Below, in pieces: positions 1 to 9,396 of a DNA stretch of 64,000 nucleotides; the stretch's first letter is position 1, and every line of letters begins with the position of its first letter. The stretch is taken from IMG/VR virus record IMGVR_UViG_3300043811_000176, positions 756 to 64,755 of that record, one strand, 5' to 3'. The notes beneath the pieces were generated by a model. It saw only the letters and a list, made by a program, of their open reading frames with translations, had not been told where the DNA came from and searched no databases. The stretch comes from a virus (lineage: Duplodnaviria; Caudoviricetes). A program made the translations under genes and the position numbers.

Positions 1-16
1 TGTGGAGTACGATCGA

Positions 17-382
17 ATGAGCGTATGCCCTTCGTGCGGCCAGACGCTACCCCGCGACTTTCTCTTCGTCGGAACGTCCGAGTGGTTTCGCGTCGAAGGC
101 AAGCAGCGCCTCGTGCTCCAGCGCGTGCTAAAAGCCGGCGTGCACGGAGTTCATGCCGAAGTGCTGTTCGAGCATATTTACGGAAATGACGTCGATGGCG
201 GCCCCGATTTCAAGTGCTTAGCGGTTGTGATTCGGCATTTGAATAAGAAACTCGCCCCTTTGGAAAAACGGGTGTGGGCCGGACGCAACAAGCGTTTTTA
301 CCGATTGGAGGATGTAGGCGCCGCACAGGAAATATATGAGAAGCGTAAAAAGAGGGTGACAAAGACCAATGACAAAAAATAA
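17..382 (+). CDS. winged-helix DNA-binding protein (OmpR/PhoB C-terminal-like) with N-terminal CxxC
   Basis: CPSCGQ, then 'LFEHIYGNDVDGGP..CLAVVIRHLNKKL..RFYRL' wHTH pattern; ATG at 17 assumed. Confidence 0.6.
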   Translation: MSVCPSCGQTLPRDFLFVGTSEWFRVEGKQRLVLQRVLKAGVHGVHAEVLFEHIYGNDVDGGPDFKCLAVVIRHLNKKLAPLEKRVWAGRNKRFYRLEDVGAAQEIYEKRKKRVTKTNDKK

Positions 383-956
383 AATCGATCCTTTACGCGA
401 CCCGTGCTGGATTTGTGAGCGCAGCAAATACGACAGCTTGCGAGCGCAAGCGCCATGCGTGCCGGGGAAATGCCCGCATGATGGGAACCCTAAATTCGGA
501 GGATATACTGTAAAAGAATCCATAGCAACGCGAGGTTGGCTCAACGCAAACGGGGCGATCCTGGCCTTTGTCGCCGCGCTGGTTCTGGTTCTGGGCGTCA
601 TGTTGGGGGCTATTCAGGAAGAACCTGAGATCAGTTTGTACCTCCCCACGGCTGTTGAAGAAAATGCGCAAACGTTCGACGGATTCTGTTGTTCGCTCAG
701 CGCTTCGCAAAGTGAACCATCCAATTACAGCCAAAGCATAGGTAAAAAAACCAATAGCGAGATCAGTAAGCTTCATTTCACCACAAAACAAAGTCGTTGG
801 CCAATATATTATTTTGGTATTTTTGGATGCGTCGTTTGGATTGTTGGTATTTATGTCTTTGGATTCAATGGTAGTGCTGGGCTTATGATTGTATTGTTCG
901 GGACGTGCATTCTTATTTTCTACGCCAGCGCCTTGCTCGGGAGGCATGTTCCGTGA
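369..956 (+). CDS. hypothetical membrane protein
   Basis: 195-aa ORF with about 3 hydrophobic segments; overlaps both neighbours; AT-rich 3' half. Confidence 0.5.
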   Translation: MTKNKIDPLRDPCWICERSKYDSLRAQAPCVPGKCPHDGNPKFGGYTVKESIATRGWLNANGAILAFVAALVLVLGVMLGAIQEEPEISLYLPTAVEENAQTFDGFCCSLSASQSEPSNYSQSIGKKTNSEISKLHFTTKQSRWPIYYFGIFGCVVWIVGIYVFGFNGSAGLMIVLFGTCILIFYASALLGRHVP

Positions 957-2842
957 GGGCAATTTGTATTGATTACGAAACGCATTTCAGCGATGAATAC
1001 AGTCTGTCGCGCATGTCGACAGAAAATTATGTGCGAGATCCGCGCTTCAAAGCGCACGGTGCTGCTATCCGTTGGAGTGCGACAACTGAGCCAGTTTGGT
1101 ATGATGAATCTCGCCTTCGTTATGTCCTCTCGCAAGAGGATTGGAGCGACACCTTAATCTTCGCGTGGCACTGTAATTTTGATGGTTTGATCCTCACGCA
1201 TCATTACGGTGTAAAGCCCAAGATGTGGGGCTGCCCGATGAGTATGGCGCGCCTTCTACATCCCATTCACCAATCCGTGGCACTCGATGCGATCCGCAAA
1301 CTATATGGAATGCCGGCAAAAATTACGCCATATTCAATCTTTAAGGGTAAGCAATGGGATGAGCTTACCAAACGCGAACAGGAGATGATCGGCGAGGGGG
1401 CGTGCGACGAGGTAAATAGTATTTGGACACTGTTTAAGAAGTTTGTGTCACAAGTGCCGATAGAAGAGCTAGACGTAATTGACTCTTTGGTGTCGATGTT
1501 CGTCGATCCCGTCCTCCAAGCCGACGTCCCGCTCCTCAAGGAACTATGGAAATCGGAAGAAATAGCGAAGCGCGAGCGATACGCGGCGCTCGATATCTCC
1601 GAAGACGATGTCCAATCGACCGCTAAATTCCAAGCGCTTCTCGAAGCCGAGGGCGTCGAGATCGAGTACAAGGACAGTCCTCCTCGCAAAGACGGGACGC
1701 GGGGGCTGATCCCCGCCTTCGCCAAGACCGACGATTTCATGCAAAATCTATTGGAGGACGAAGATGACCGGATCAGAGGGCTCGCCGAGGCAAGGATCGG
1801 CGCCAAGTCGACGCTTCTCCAGACGCGCGCCGCGACCCTCGGTGGAATGGCGAAAAGAGGATCTTTGCCGGTTTATTTGCGCTACTGCGGCGCTGCTACC
1901 CTCCGGCCTACGGGAGGCGATGGTGCAAACTGGCTCAACTTCAAGCGTGGTTCCGCTATCCGACGTTCGATTTTGGCGCCGGAAGGATATCTGCTAGGGC
2001 CGGTCGATGCTTCGCAGATTGAGTTTAGGGTATGTATGTATCTCGCCGGGCAAGACGACGTGCTCGACTTGATGCGCTCAGGCGGCGATCCCTACGTGAC
2101 TTTGGCCAGCGAGATTTACCGGGAGAAGGTATATAAACCGGCGAAGGATGATCCGCGCCGACTGGAGATGGAACAGAAGAGGGGGGCAGGTAAGCAAGGG
2201 CGACTCATGGTGATCTATGGTTGCGCTGCCGAGAAGTACCAGAAAACCGCCAAAGCGGGTCTGTATGGTCCTCCTGTCGAAATGGATTACGGCGAAGCCG
2301 CGCGGCATGTCATAGTTGCTCGCGACATGATGCCTGCTGTGACCGCCCCTAATACCGGCTACTGGGCGCAATGCAACCGCATAATATCGCGTTTAGCCGG
2401 CGGACCTCCGATGGAGTGGGGACCGTTCCTGGTAAAGGATCACCGCTTGATTCTGCCGAGCGGTCAGGCGATGATCTACGACACGCTGGAGTTCCATCGG
2501 CCGGACGTCGACGAGGACTGCCGCGACTTCGAGCGCAACGGTTACTGGCGGATGAGGGTCAAGCGCGGCTGGAAGAAGATGTGGGGGTCGAAATTGACCC
2601 AGAACATTTGCGAAATGGTCAGTCGCGTCATCGTCAGTCAAGCCATGATCCGCATCAAGCGGCAGTACGGAATCAGGAGCCTGAACTGGCCCTATGACGA
2701 ATTACTCCTCTTGCTCCCCGACAATTCGAAAGCCGAGGAAACGCTTGAACTGTGCCGGTTGGAGTTGTGTCGGACCCCGGAATGGCTTCCCGAGATTCCC
2801 TTAGACGCGGAAGCGAGCCTTGGGAAACGCTACAGTAAGTGA
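953..2842 (+). CDS. polA: family A DNA polymerase with 3'-5' exonuclease domain
   Basis: ExoI 'IDYET', motif A 'DASQIEFR', motif B 'RGAGKQGRLMVIYG', motif C 'PYDEL'; GTG at 953 after GGAGG. Confidence 0.92.
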   Translation: MRAICIDYETHFSDEYSLSRMSTENYVRDPRFKAHGAAIRWSATTEPVWYDESRLRYVLSQEDWSDTLIFAWHCNFDGLILTHHYGVKPKMWGCPMSMARLLHPIHQSVALDAIRKLYGMPAKITPYSIFKGKQWDELTKREQEMIGEGACDEVNSIWTLFKKFVSQVPIEELDVIDSLVSMFVDPVLQADVPLLKELWKSEEIAKRERYAALDISEDDVQSTAKFQALLEAEGVEIEYKDSPPRKDGTRGLIPAFAKTDDFMQNLLEDEDDRIRGLAEARIGAKSTLLQTRAATLGGMAKRGSLPVYLRYCGAATLRPTGGDGANWLNFKRGSAIRRSILAPEGYLLGPVDASQIEFRVCMYLAGQDDVLDLMRSGGDPYVTLASEIYREKVYKPAKDDPRRLEMEQKRGAGKQGRLMVIYGCAAEKYQKTAKAGLYGPPVEMDYGEAARHVIVARDMMPAVTAPNTGYWAQCNRIISRLAGGPPMEWGPFLVKDHRLILPSGQAMIYDTLEFHRPDVDEDCRDFERNGYWRMRVKRGWKKMWGSKLTQNICEMVSRVIVSQAMIRIKRQYGIRSLNWPYDELLLLLPDNSKAEETLELCRLELCRTPEWLPEIPLDAEASLGKRYSK

Positions 2843-2851
2843 GGATACAAT

Positions 2852-3148
2852 ATGGACACTTATGAATCCCTGCTTGGCCACGTCCGACACCACAACATCA
2901 GGCGGATGCTGCTGCGCGGTTGCGAATCTTCGTCTGGATTATTGATGATGAAGCGCAGTTTAATAGATGGCTGTATGGAAGAAGATGCGAGAACAATAGG
3001 AACGGCCATCAAGGACATGACGGACGAAGAATTCAACCGTCGAATCGCGCGGTTCCTAGATATCAGGGGGACGATTGTACTCATGCCGAGCGATCATCTC
3101 GACCGTCGCTTCGCCGGTATGCTTGCCCGCGGAATCCCGCACACTTGA
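2852..3148 (+). CDS. hypothetical protein
   Basis: GAGGA SD, ATG directly after polA. Confidence 0.6.
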   Translation: MDTYESLLGHVRHHNIRRMLLRGCESSSGLLMMKRSLIDGCMEEDARTIGTAIKDMTDEEFNRRIARFLDIRGTIVLMPSDHLDRRFAGMLARGIPHT

Positions 3149-3220
3149 CCTCGCTCGACGGTACGACCCAGTCCGCGCAATTACACTCCCGTCACTGAAA
3201 TTCATGAGGGAACAGCCGAA

Positions 3221-3496
3221 ATGAGCACTGAAAAAGACGACAGAGACGCTAAATTAGCGAAAATTGCGAAATCGCTTCCTTCCATGACGACTTCCGAACA
3301 GTGTGAATTTGCGTGCTATTTGCTGGTAGTTGCGGTCAGTATGGAGCGAGATACGGTTACCGAAGCGATGGACCTTTTACGTTTTGGGTATCCCAGGATC
3401 GAAAAGTTGCTACGAACGACTTTTGGTCAAGTCCAAGATGCTAAATTGCGAGTACGTAAAGCGTTGAAAGACACAGGAATCGATGAACGGCGATGA
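3221..3496 (+). CDS. hypothetical protein
   Basis: GAGGG SD; ATGA overlap with next gene. Confidence 0.6.
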   Translation: MSTEKDDRDAKLAKIAKSLPSMTTSEQCEFACYLLVVAVSMERDTVTEAMDLLRFGYPRIEKLLRTTFGQVQDAKLRVRKALKDTGIDERR

Positions 3497-4188
3497 ATTC
3501 CGACCCCGGCCCCATCCCGACCTTTCTCGATCGCACTCCGCTGATCCATTCGTTCAGCGCTCTGAGCTGCTACGAGAACGTATGCCCGCACCAGTATTAT
3601 CACACCTATATCGCTAAGACCGTTCCCTACGTCGAGACGCCCAAGCGCAAACGCGGCAACGACGTGCATGCGGCGCTCGACAAGCGCGTATCGCAAGGCG
3701 CTCCGCTCCCCCCCGACATGCTCCAGTGGGAGCCGTTCGCCGCTCCGTTCGATGGGAAGGGGGCGAAGACCGAGTTGAAGCTGGCGATCACCGCCCAAGG
3801 CGTCGCGACCGACTATTGGGGAAAGACCGGGACGTGGTTGCGCGGGCGAGTCGACGTGGCGCTCGTCAACGGCGAGAACGCTTATATTCTCGATTGGAAA
3901 ACCGGGGGCAGTAAGTACGAATCTCGTTTCGAGCTGGACGTCGGGGCGTTACTCCTGCACGCCGCGAATCCCCAACTGACTAAGATAAAAGGCGCTTATG
4001 CCTGGCTAAAGGAAAACCGGCTTGGAACGACGTACGATCTCTCGGATACGCGTCACGCGTGGACCAAGGTAACGGGGATCGTGACGCATATCGAGCGCGA
4101 CCGGAAAAGGGGCGAGTTCGACAAGCGGCCGGGGGCCTTATGCGGCTGGTGTTTCGTGGAATCGTGTGAGCACAGGAGGTCGCGATGA
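3493..4188 (+). CDS. Cas4/RecB-like PD-(D/E)XK exonuclease
   Basis: 'SFSALSCYENVCPHQYY', 'GRVDVAL..ILDWKTG', C-terminal 'CGWC..SC' Fe-S-type cysteines. Confidence 0.88.
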   Translation: MNSDPGPIPTFLDRTPLIHSFSALSCYENVCPHQYYHTYIAKTVPYVETPKRKRGNDVHAALDKRVSQGAPLPPDMLQWEPFAAPFDGKGAKTELKLAITAQGVATDYWGKTGTWLRGRVDVALVNGENAYILDWKTGGSKYESRFELDVGALLLHAANPQLTKIKGAYAWLKENRLGTTYDLSDTRHAWTKVTGIVTHIERDRKRGEFDKRPGALCGWCFVESCEHRRSR

Positions 4189-4391
4189 TCGCTTGGTTTT
4201 TGCGTAAATGGCGCCACTGGCGAGACCCTCACGGGGAGCGACAGATTCTAGCCAAATACTCGACTCCCGGTCTCAAGCGTTCCGAACTATCGCGCTACGG
4301 CAAGATGTGGCACTTGCGCGAATGTTATAGGATGACTCCCGAAGAACGCGAGAAGTTGCTTTCGGAGATGTATCCCGATGCGCGTCGTTGA
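4185..4391 (+). CDS. hypothetical protein
   Basis: AGGAGG SD, ATGA coupling. Confidence 0.6.
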   Translation: MIAWFLRKWRHWRDPHGERQILAKYSTPGLKRSELSRYGKMWHLRECYRMTPEEREKLLSEMYPDARR

Positions 4392-4611
4392 AAAATTTGT
4401 TAACTGGTTCAGGCGATTCTTTGCATCAAATGAAGCGACGCGGCAGGAATTCGTGTCCGAAGATGCCAAGCGCCCTGATTTATTGCGTTATGAAGCGCGG
4501 GCGCGCGGGTATGAGGGCAACGCTTGCGTGACATGCGGTAACTTCACGATGGTTCGCAACGGCACTTGCCTCCGTTGCGATTCGTGCGGCAGCACGACGG
4601 GATGCTCCTGA
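4378..4611 (+). CDS. small protein resembling the C-terminal Cys/Zn-ribbon tail of class II ribonucleotide reductase (NrdJ)
   Basis: Ends 'EARARGYEGNACVTCGNFTMVRNGTCLRCDSCGSTTGCS', matching my recollection of alphaproteobacterial NrdJ C-termini. Confidence 0.75.
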   Translation: MRVVEKFVNWFRRFFASNEATRQEFVSEDAKRPDLLRYEARARGYEGNACVTCGNFTMVRNGTCLRCDSCGSTTGCS

Positions 4612-4612
4612 T

Positions 4613-4891
4613 ATGCACACCCCTGAATGGTTTGAAAAACGGGACATAAAGAAGTACCTCGATGAGCGCAAGTGCTGGTACTTCTCGCCCCAGATGGCCG
4701 GCTACGGTAAGGCCGGCGTGCCCGACATCATCGCGTGCATCGACGGAAAGATGGTTGCGATCGAGGTCAAGCGGGCCGGTAAGCCCTTGACGCCCATACA
4801 GGCGCGGATGCTGGAAGAGATCGCAGCGGCCGGTGGGGTGTGTTTCTGGGGAATCGCAGAGACGGTGATCGCGTGTTTGAAGGATTTGTGA
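4613..4891 (+). CDS. VRR-NUC domain nuclease
   Basis: 'GVPDIIACIDG..IEVKR..LTPIQ'. Confidence 0.88.
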   Translation: MHTPEWFEKRDIKKYLDERKCWYFSPQMAGYGKAGVPDIIACIDGKMVAIEVKRAGKPLTPIQARMLEEIAAAGGVCFWGIAETVIACLKDL

Positions 4892-4892
4892 A

Positions 4893-5021
4893 ATGAGCGA
4901 GAACACAGAGGCGATGCTCATGCTGCTGGGGCTGGTCGTCTTCTTCCTGGTTCTGCCCGCCAGGTGGGACCCCGCGGTCCGTCTCAAGGAGTGGAACGAG
5001 ACCAGGGGGAGGCGACGATGA
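4893..5021 (+). CDS. 42-aa single-TM protein (below ORF-track cutoff)
   Basis: MSENTEAMLMLLGLVVFFLVLPARWDPAVRLKEWNETRGRRR; fills the gap, ATGA-coupled to next gene. Confidence 0.55.
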   Translation: MSENTEAMLMLLGLVVFFLVLPARWDPAVRLKEWNETRGRRR

Positions 5022-5461
5022 CCTGGTGGCACGACCTGGCCGCGAGTCGGCCTCCCGACTTCGTGGTTGGGGCCGACAAGGAGAATCCCTACCTCCGCCG
5101 CTGGTGGGTCGTCCCGCGCAACAACCTCGCGAACGCCTACCTGCACCAGTTCCTGCGCTCGGACGATGACCACGCGCTCCACGATCACATGTACGTGAAC
5201 CTCTCCTACCTGCTGGAGGGCACCTACGTGGAGCACACGATCGCCCAGGGCGGGGTACACCACTCGCGGCGGTACCGGGCCGGAGATCTCCGCCTGCGCT
5301 GGCCGACGACGGCGCACCGCATCGAGGTCGCCGAGCCGTGCTGGAGCCTCTTCCTGACCGGCCCGCGGGTCCGGCAGTGGGGCTTCCACTGCCCAGGGGG
5401 CTGGCGCCACTGGCGCGAGTTCACGAGCGAGCGCGACGCGACCGGGAAGGGGTGCGAGTGA
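5018..5461 (+). CDS. cupin-fold (cysteine-dioxygenase-like) phage protein
   Basis: 'YLHQFLRSDDDHALHDH..SYLLEGTYVEH..AHRIE..WSLFLTGPRVRQWGF'. Confidence 0.7.
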   Translation: MTWWHDLAASRPPDFVVGADKENPYLRRWWVVPRNNLANAYLHQFLRSDDDHALHDHMYVNLSYLLEGTYVEHTIAQGGVHHSRRYRAGDLRLRWPTTAHRIEVAEPCWSLFLTGPRVRQWGFHCPGGWRHWREFTSERDATGKGCE

Positions 5462-5501
5462 TGATTATCTCCCGCGACGCCATCTACGCCTCCCCCAGTT
5501 A

Positions 5502-7121
5502 ATGAACTTCTACCACGACCATAAGCGCAATTTGCTCGTTTACGAGACGCCGTCGCCTTTGCACGTGGCGCAGCTCACGCAGAGCATTCCGGCCGCGCGT
5601 CAGGTCAATGGCGCTCACGTAGCTGTTCCGATTACGCTCCAAAACTCCCAGATTCTCCGTTATCTCCAATACCCCGTGGCTCCAATCGTCACCGACGCCA
5701 ATTACGATTTTCCGATCGAACCCGGGCGCGTTCCTAAAGAGCACCAGAAGGCGATGTGCAATTTCTCGATTTTGCACCCCCGTAGCTTCAATCTCAGCGA
5801 TCCCGGCACGATGAAAACGCTTCCGGCGCTCTGGGCTGCGGATTGGCTCATGAGGCAAAATCCCGGCTGGCGAGCGCTTATTATCGCGCCCCTCAACGTC
5901 ATAGAGAACGTGTGGCCGCAGGCCGTTTTCAGCAACTTTTTGGAGCGGCGTTCTTTTGAAGTCCTGCATGGCGGCGCTGAAAAGCGGCGAGCGCTGTTGG
6001 CGAAAAAGCCTGATTTTTCGCTTATCAACGTAGACGGCATGTCGATCGGCGCTCACGTGCGGCGCAGCACTCGCCAGCGGCTCGAATTGGACGGGCTTTC
6101 GCGCGATCTCGCCGAGGATAAGGCGATCAAGATAATCATTGTGGACGAAGCGGATGCCTACTGCGATGCCCAGACCAAACGCCACTTGGCAACGCGCCTT
6201 GCGATCGGCGACAGGCCCTATTTATGGCTGTTGACCGGAACGCCCACAGGGCAAACTCCGACAGATGCCTACGGCTTGGGAAAACTGGTCAACAACGCGC
6301 ATGGTAAGAGCTTCAGGGATTTTCGCGCGGCGACCATGATTCAGGTGTCCAATTTCAAATGGATTCCGCGCAAGGACGGCAACGAAACAGCTTTTAGGCT
6401 TCTGACGCCCGCAATTCGCTACGATATAAAAGACGTTTGGAAAAACGCGCCGCCCTGCGTGACGAAACAGCTTGCAGTCCCATTGACCGCCGATCAGATA
6501 CGGCATTTGGGCGAACTCAAGCGTTCCTTGCAGATCACGATGCGCAGCGGCAAGACGATCACTGCTCAAAACGAAGCCGGCGCCCGTTTGAAATTGCTCC
6601 AGATCAGTCTGGGCATGATCTATGATTCTGTTCATAAAGCGCATGCGATCGATGCTGTGCCGCGGTACAAAGAAGTTGAAAAAATAATTAACTCGACTCA
6701 GAGAAAAGTGTTGATTTTCTCTCCATTAACCAGTATCGTTGATTTTCTCTTTACAACGCTGAGTAAAAAATGGAAATGCGGCGTCATCAACGGCGAGGTG
6801 TCTCTAAAGGACAGGAAAGCGGCCATAGACGCTTTTGTAACGAAGCCGGAATACAAGATCATGATCTTGGATCCTCAGTCTGTGAGTCACGGCATCAACG
6901 ATTTCGTGGTCGCTGACACTGTGATCTGGATAGCTCCAATCGACAAGACGCGACTTTATATCCAGGGAAACAAGCGTGTGCATCGACCAGGACAAGAGCA
7001 TCCTGTAACCATCTGGCAGGTCGTATCCAACAAGACCGAGATTGGCATGTTCGAGCGCTTGGAGAGCAATACGTCGATGCAAGGGCTTCTTCTGGACATG
7101 GTGCGGAGGGGAGAGATATGA
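5502..7121 (+). CDS. SNF2-family (SF2) DNA helicase
   Basis: motif I 'DPGTMKT', II 'IVDEAD', III 'LLTGTP', VI 'QGNKRVHRPGQ'. Confidence 0.9.
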   Translation: MNFYHDHKRNLLVYETPSPLHVAQLTQSIPAARQVNGAHVAVPITLQNSQILRYLQYPVAPIVTDANYDFPIEPGRVPKEHQKAMCNFSILHPRSFNLSDPGTMKTLPALWAADWLMRQNPGWRALIIAPLNVIENVWPQAVFSNFLERRSFEVLHGGAEKRRALLAKKPDFSLINVDGMSIGAHVRRSTRQRLELDGLSRDLAEDKAIKIIIVDEADAYCDAQTKRHLATRLAIGDRPYLWLLTGTPTGQTPTDAYGLGKLVNNAHGKSFRDFRAATMIQVSNFKWIPRKDGNETAFRLLTPAIRYDIKDVWKNAPPCVTKQLAVPLTADQIRHLGELKRSLQITMRSGKTITAQNEAGARLKLLQISLGMIYDSVHKAHAIDAVPRYKEVEKIINSTQRKVLIFSPLTSIVDFLFTTLSKKWKCGVINGEVSLKDRKAAIDAFVTKPEYKIMILDPQSVSHGINDFVVADTVIWIAPIDKTRLYIQGNKRVHRPGQEHPVTIWQVVSNKTEIGMFERLESNTSMQGLLLDMVRRGEI

Positions 7122-7363
7122 AAATTTTCTGTACGCGCTGGTGTTTGACGGCGGGGATCGAAGAGATGGAAGCCGAAAGCGTACCGCAAAACGGGATGGT
7201 CACTGTTAAACGCCCAAATGGAGGGTCGTTGTACATACACGGCGAAGGGCGGGATTGGCACCGAACGCGCGAGCAGGCGGTCGCACGGGCAAACGTCGTT
7301 CGCGTGAAAAAAATTGCGGCTGTGAAAAAGCAGCTTGCCAAGTTAGCGGTGCCATTCAAATGA
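7118..7363 (+). CDS. hypothetical protein
   Basis: ATGA-coupled on both sides. Confidence 0.6.
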   Translation: MKIFCTRWCLTAGIEEMEAESVPQNGMVTVKRPNGGSLYIHGEGRDWHRTREQAVARANVVRVKKIAAVKKQLAKLAVPFK

Positions 7364-7806
7364 GCGCCGAAGCCCTGATCCAAGAACACTTCGCGCTCCA
7401 AGACAAGATCAAGGCTGCCAACAAGCAGCTCGCCGACTTCATCGCGCCGTGGAAAAAGCGCTTGGAGGAGATCGATGGAGAACTCTTGCAAGCGCTCAAC
7501 GCGCTCGGGACCGGCGACAAGGCGTCGATCTCGACGGACGTGGGTACGGCGTATCTGAGTCATCTCTTGAATATCGGGATTGATCCCGAGGCGAGTCCTT
7601 ACGTGAACGAAGCCGGGCAAGAGCAGATGGGACGCATGGCGCTCCTGGACTTCGCATTAGAGGCGTGGGATGAAATTGGATCCGAGTTGCTTTTGATACA
7701 GCCTCAAAAGGACGCCGTAAAGCGGTGGATGGACGAGCATGAGGGTGTACCTCCGCCGGGTGTGAAGACTTCATGGTTTACACGGGTCAATGTGAGGCGA
7801 TCATGA
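7360..7806 (+). CDS. conserved replication-module coiled-coil protein
   Basis: N-terminal coiled coil, 'SISTDVGTAY', C-terminal 'PPPGV..VNVRRS'; lies upstream of the SSB-like gene. Confidence 0.6.
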   Translation: MSAEALIQEHFALQDKIKAANKQLADFIAPWKKRLEEIDGELLQALNALGTGDKASISTDVGTAYLSHLLNIGIDPEASPYVNEAGQEQMGRMALLDFALEAWDEIGSELLLIQPQKDAVKRWMDEHEGVPPPGVKTSWFTRVNVRRS

Positions 7807-7973
7807 TCGACCGTCAAAACGGAAACCTCGTATTCGAATGCGACCAGTGCGACGAGGTGCTGGAGTCCGGGACATCGGATTTCAATTCGGCCTGGAATCA
7901 GGCCAAGCGCGACGGATGGCGCGTAAGAAAGATCGACGAGGAGTGGTGCCACTCCTGTCCTAATTGTCACTAA
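7803..7973 (+). CDS. small Zn-finger protein
   Basis: CDQC..GW..CPNC. Confidence 0.65.
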   Translation: MIDRQNGNLVFECDQCDEVLESGTSDFNSAWNQAKRDGWRVRKIDEEWCHSCPNCH

Positions 7974-7988
7974 CCAGGAGAACAAACA

Positions 7989-8243
7989 ATGACTATTGGT
8001 GAAGATCGCGTCAGGATGAAATTCAACCCGAATGCGAATACCCTCGTCGACAAGATCGAGCAGAAGTCGGCCGAGCTGATCGACATCTGCGAGACTTTGA
8101 AAGCGAAGGATACACGCCTCGCGTCGCTCGCACAGACCCATTACGAAGCTGCCGCCATGTGGGCGGTCAAGGCCGTAACGGAATATCGAGCTGATCGAGC
8201 TGATCGACATCTGCCAGACTTTGAAGGATGCACGCTTGATTAA
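7989..8243 (+). CDS. putative Acb2/Tad1-hairpin-type nucleotide-signal sponge
   Basis: Helical hairpin with 'RLASLAQTHYEAAAMWAVKAVT'; AGGAG SD. Confidence 0.55.
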   Translation: MTIGEDRVRMKFNPNANTLVDKIEQKSAELIDICETLKAKDTRLASLAQTHYEAAAMWAVKAVTEYRADRADRHLPDFEGCTLD

Positions 8244-8307
8244 ATAACCCCGAGAAACAAAAATACTACCGAAGTCAATCGTATCGCGCTCACAAAAAGG
8301 TGCCAAA

Positions 8308-9306
8308 ATGACCACACCGATGCTGCCTGCCTACCTCCAAAATTCGAACCTTCCCGACTTCACCGATCGCCTCGGGCAGAATCTCGGGTCCGGCTCGCCT
8401 CCCTACGTCTCGATTATGGGCAATCGATTCACGCTCTTCGATTCGTCCGGGGATAGTGAGCCGGTCACGACCGTCGACCCTAAGACCGGAGTGCCCTATC
8501 TCGACTGCGTGATCATCGATTTCAACGAGCATCTGTCCAAGATTCACTATGGGCAGGCGTTCGATCCCAACGCCACGTCGTACTCTCCCCCGAAGTGTTG
8601 GTCTGACAACGGCATTGGTCCGAGCATCAACTGCAGCGAACCGCAAGCCAGGTCATGCACGCCGGATCCTGAAGGATTGCATGGCTGCAAGCTCGCCGTG
8701 TGGGGCTCGGTGGTGTCCAAGGTCTCGGGCAAGGGTATTCCCGCCTGCGGCGCATATCAGAAGTTGGCGCTTTTGATCCCCGGCGACGAGGTCGAGTTTC
8801 TGCTTCGCGTGCCGCCAAATTCACTCGATAATCTTCGCACGTATAATGCGAAGTTCAAGGGGCAACCGATCTCGATGCGCGACGTCGTCACGCGACTTTC
8901 GTTCGAACAGGGCGGAATTGGCACCCTGACTTTCGCCGGCCTCAATTACATCGACGAGGCGACTACAAAGCAGCGCAACGAGGCGCTCATGGCGAAGAAA
9001 ACCGATGCGCTGGTCGGGCGCGGCGACAAACCGAGACAGGCTGTCCTGGCAGCGCCGGCCGAAGCCCCTTTATCGTTAGGAGCACCCCCTGCTCATATTG
9101 CGTCATCACCCGTGTCTGCACCTGCGGCGCCTCCACAAGGAATTGAAACTTCTCCTGCGGCGACTCCAACTCGTCGTCGGCGTAAGTCGGCCGAAGCAGC
9201 TGTGCCGGAAACAGCGCCTCCTGCGAATCAAGGCAGCAACGGTATCGTGCAAGGCACTGCGCCGAACGCGGATCTCGAAGCTTCCCTGAAGTCTCTTTTT
9301 GGCTGA
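8308..9306 (+). CDS. putative ssDNA-binding/annealing protein
   Basis: 'PKCWSDNGIGP..C..C..C' core plus Ala/Pro-rich tail; position in PolA/helicase module. Confidence 0.6.
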   Translation: MTTPMLPAYLQNSNLPDFTDRLGQNLGSGSPPYVSIMGNRFTLFDSSGDSEPVTTVDPKTGVPYLDCVIIDFNEHLSKIHYGQAFDPNATSYSPPKCWSDNGIGPSINCSEPQARSCTPDPEGLHGCKLAVWGSVVSKVSGKGIPACGAYQKLALLIPGDEVEFLLRVPPNSLDNLRTYNAKFKGQPISMRDVVTRLSFEQGGIGTLTFAGLNYIDEATTKQRNEALMAKKTDALVGRGDKPRQAVLAAPAEAPLSLGAPPAHIASSPVSAPAAPPQGIETSPAATPTRRRRKSAEAAVPETAPPANQGSNGIVQGTAPNADLEASLKSLFG

Positions 9307-9396
9307 CGGTATCCCGGCGATTGAATCGAGATTGCTCTTGCTGGCACTTTATATGGGCGCCAGTGACGGCAATCCTGCCATATAAGGAGAATAACT

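Noticed and set aside
3493-4188. Cas4 as evidence of a CRISPR system
   Set aside because: No array or other cas genes; solo Cas4-like nucleases are usual in phage replication modules.
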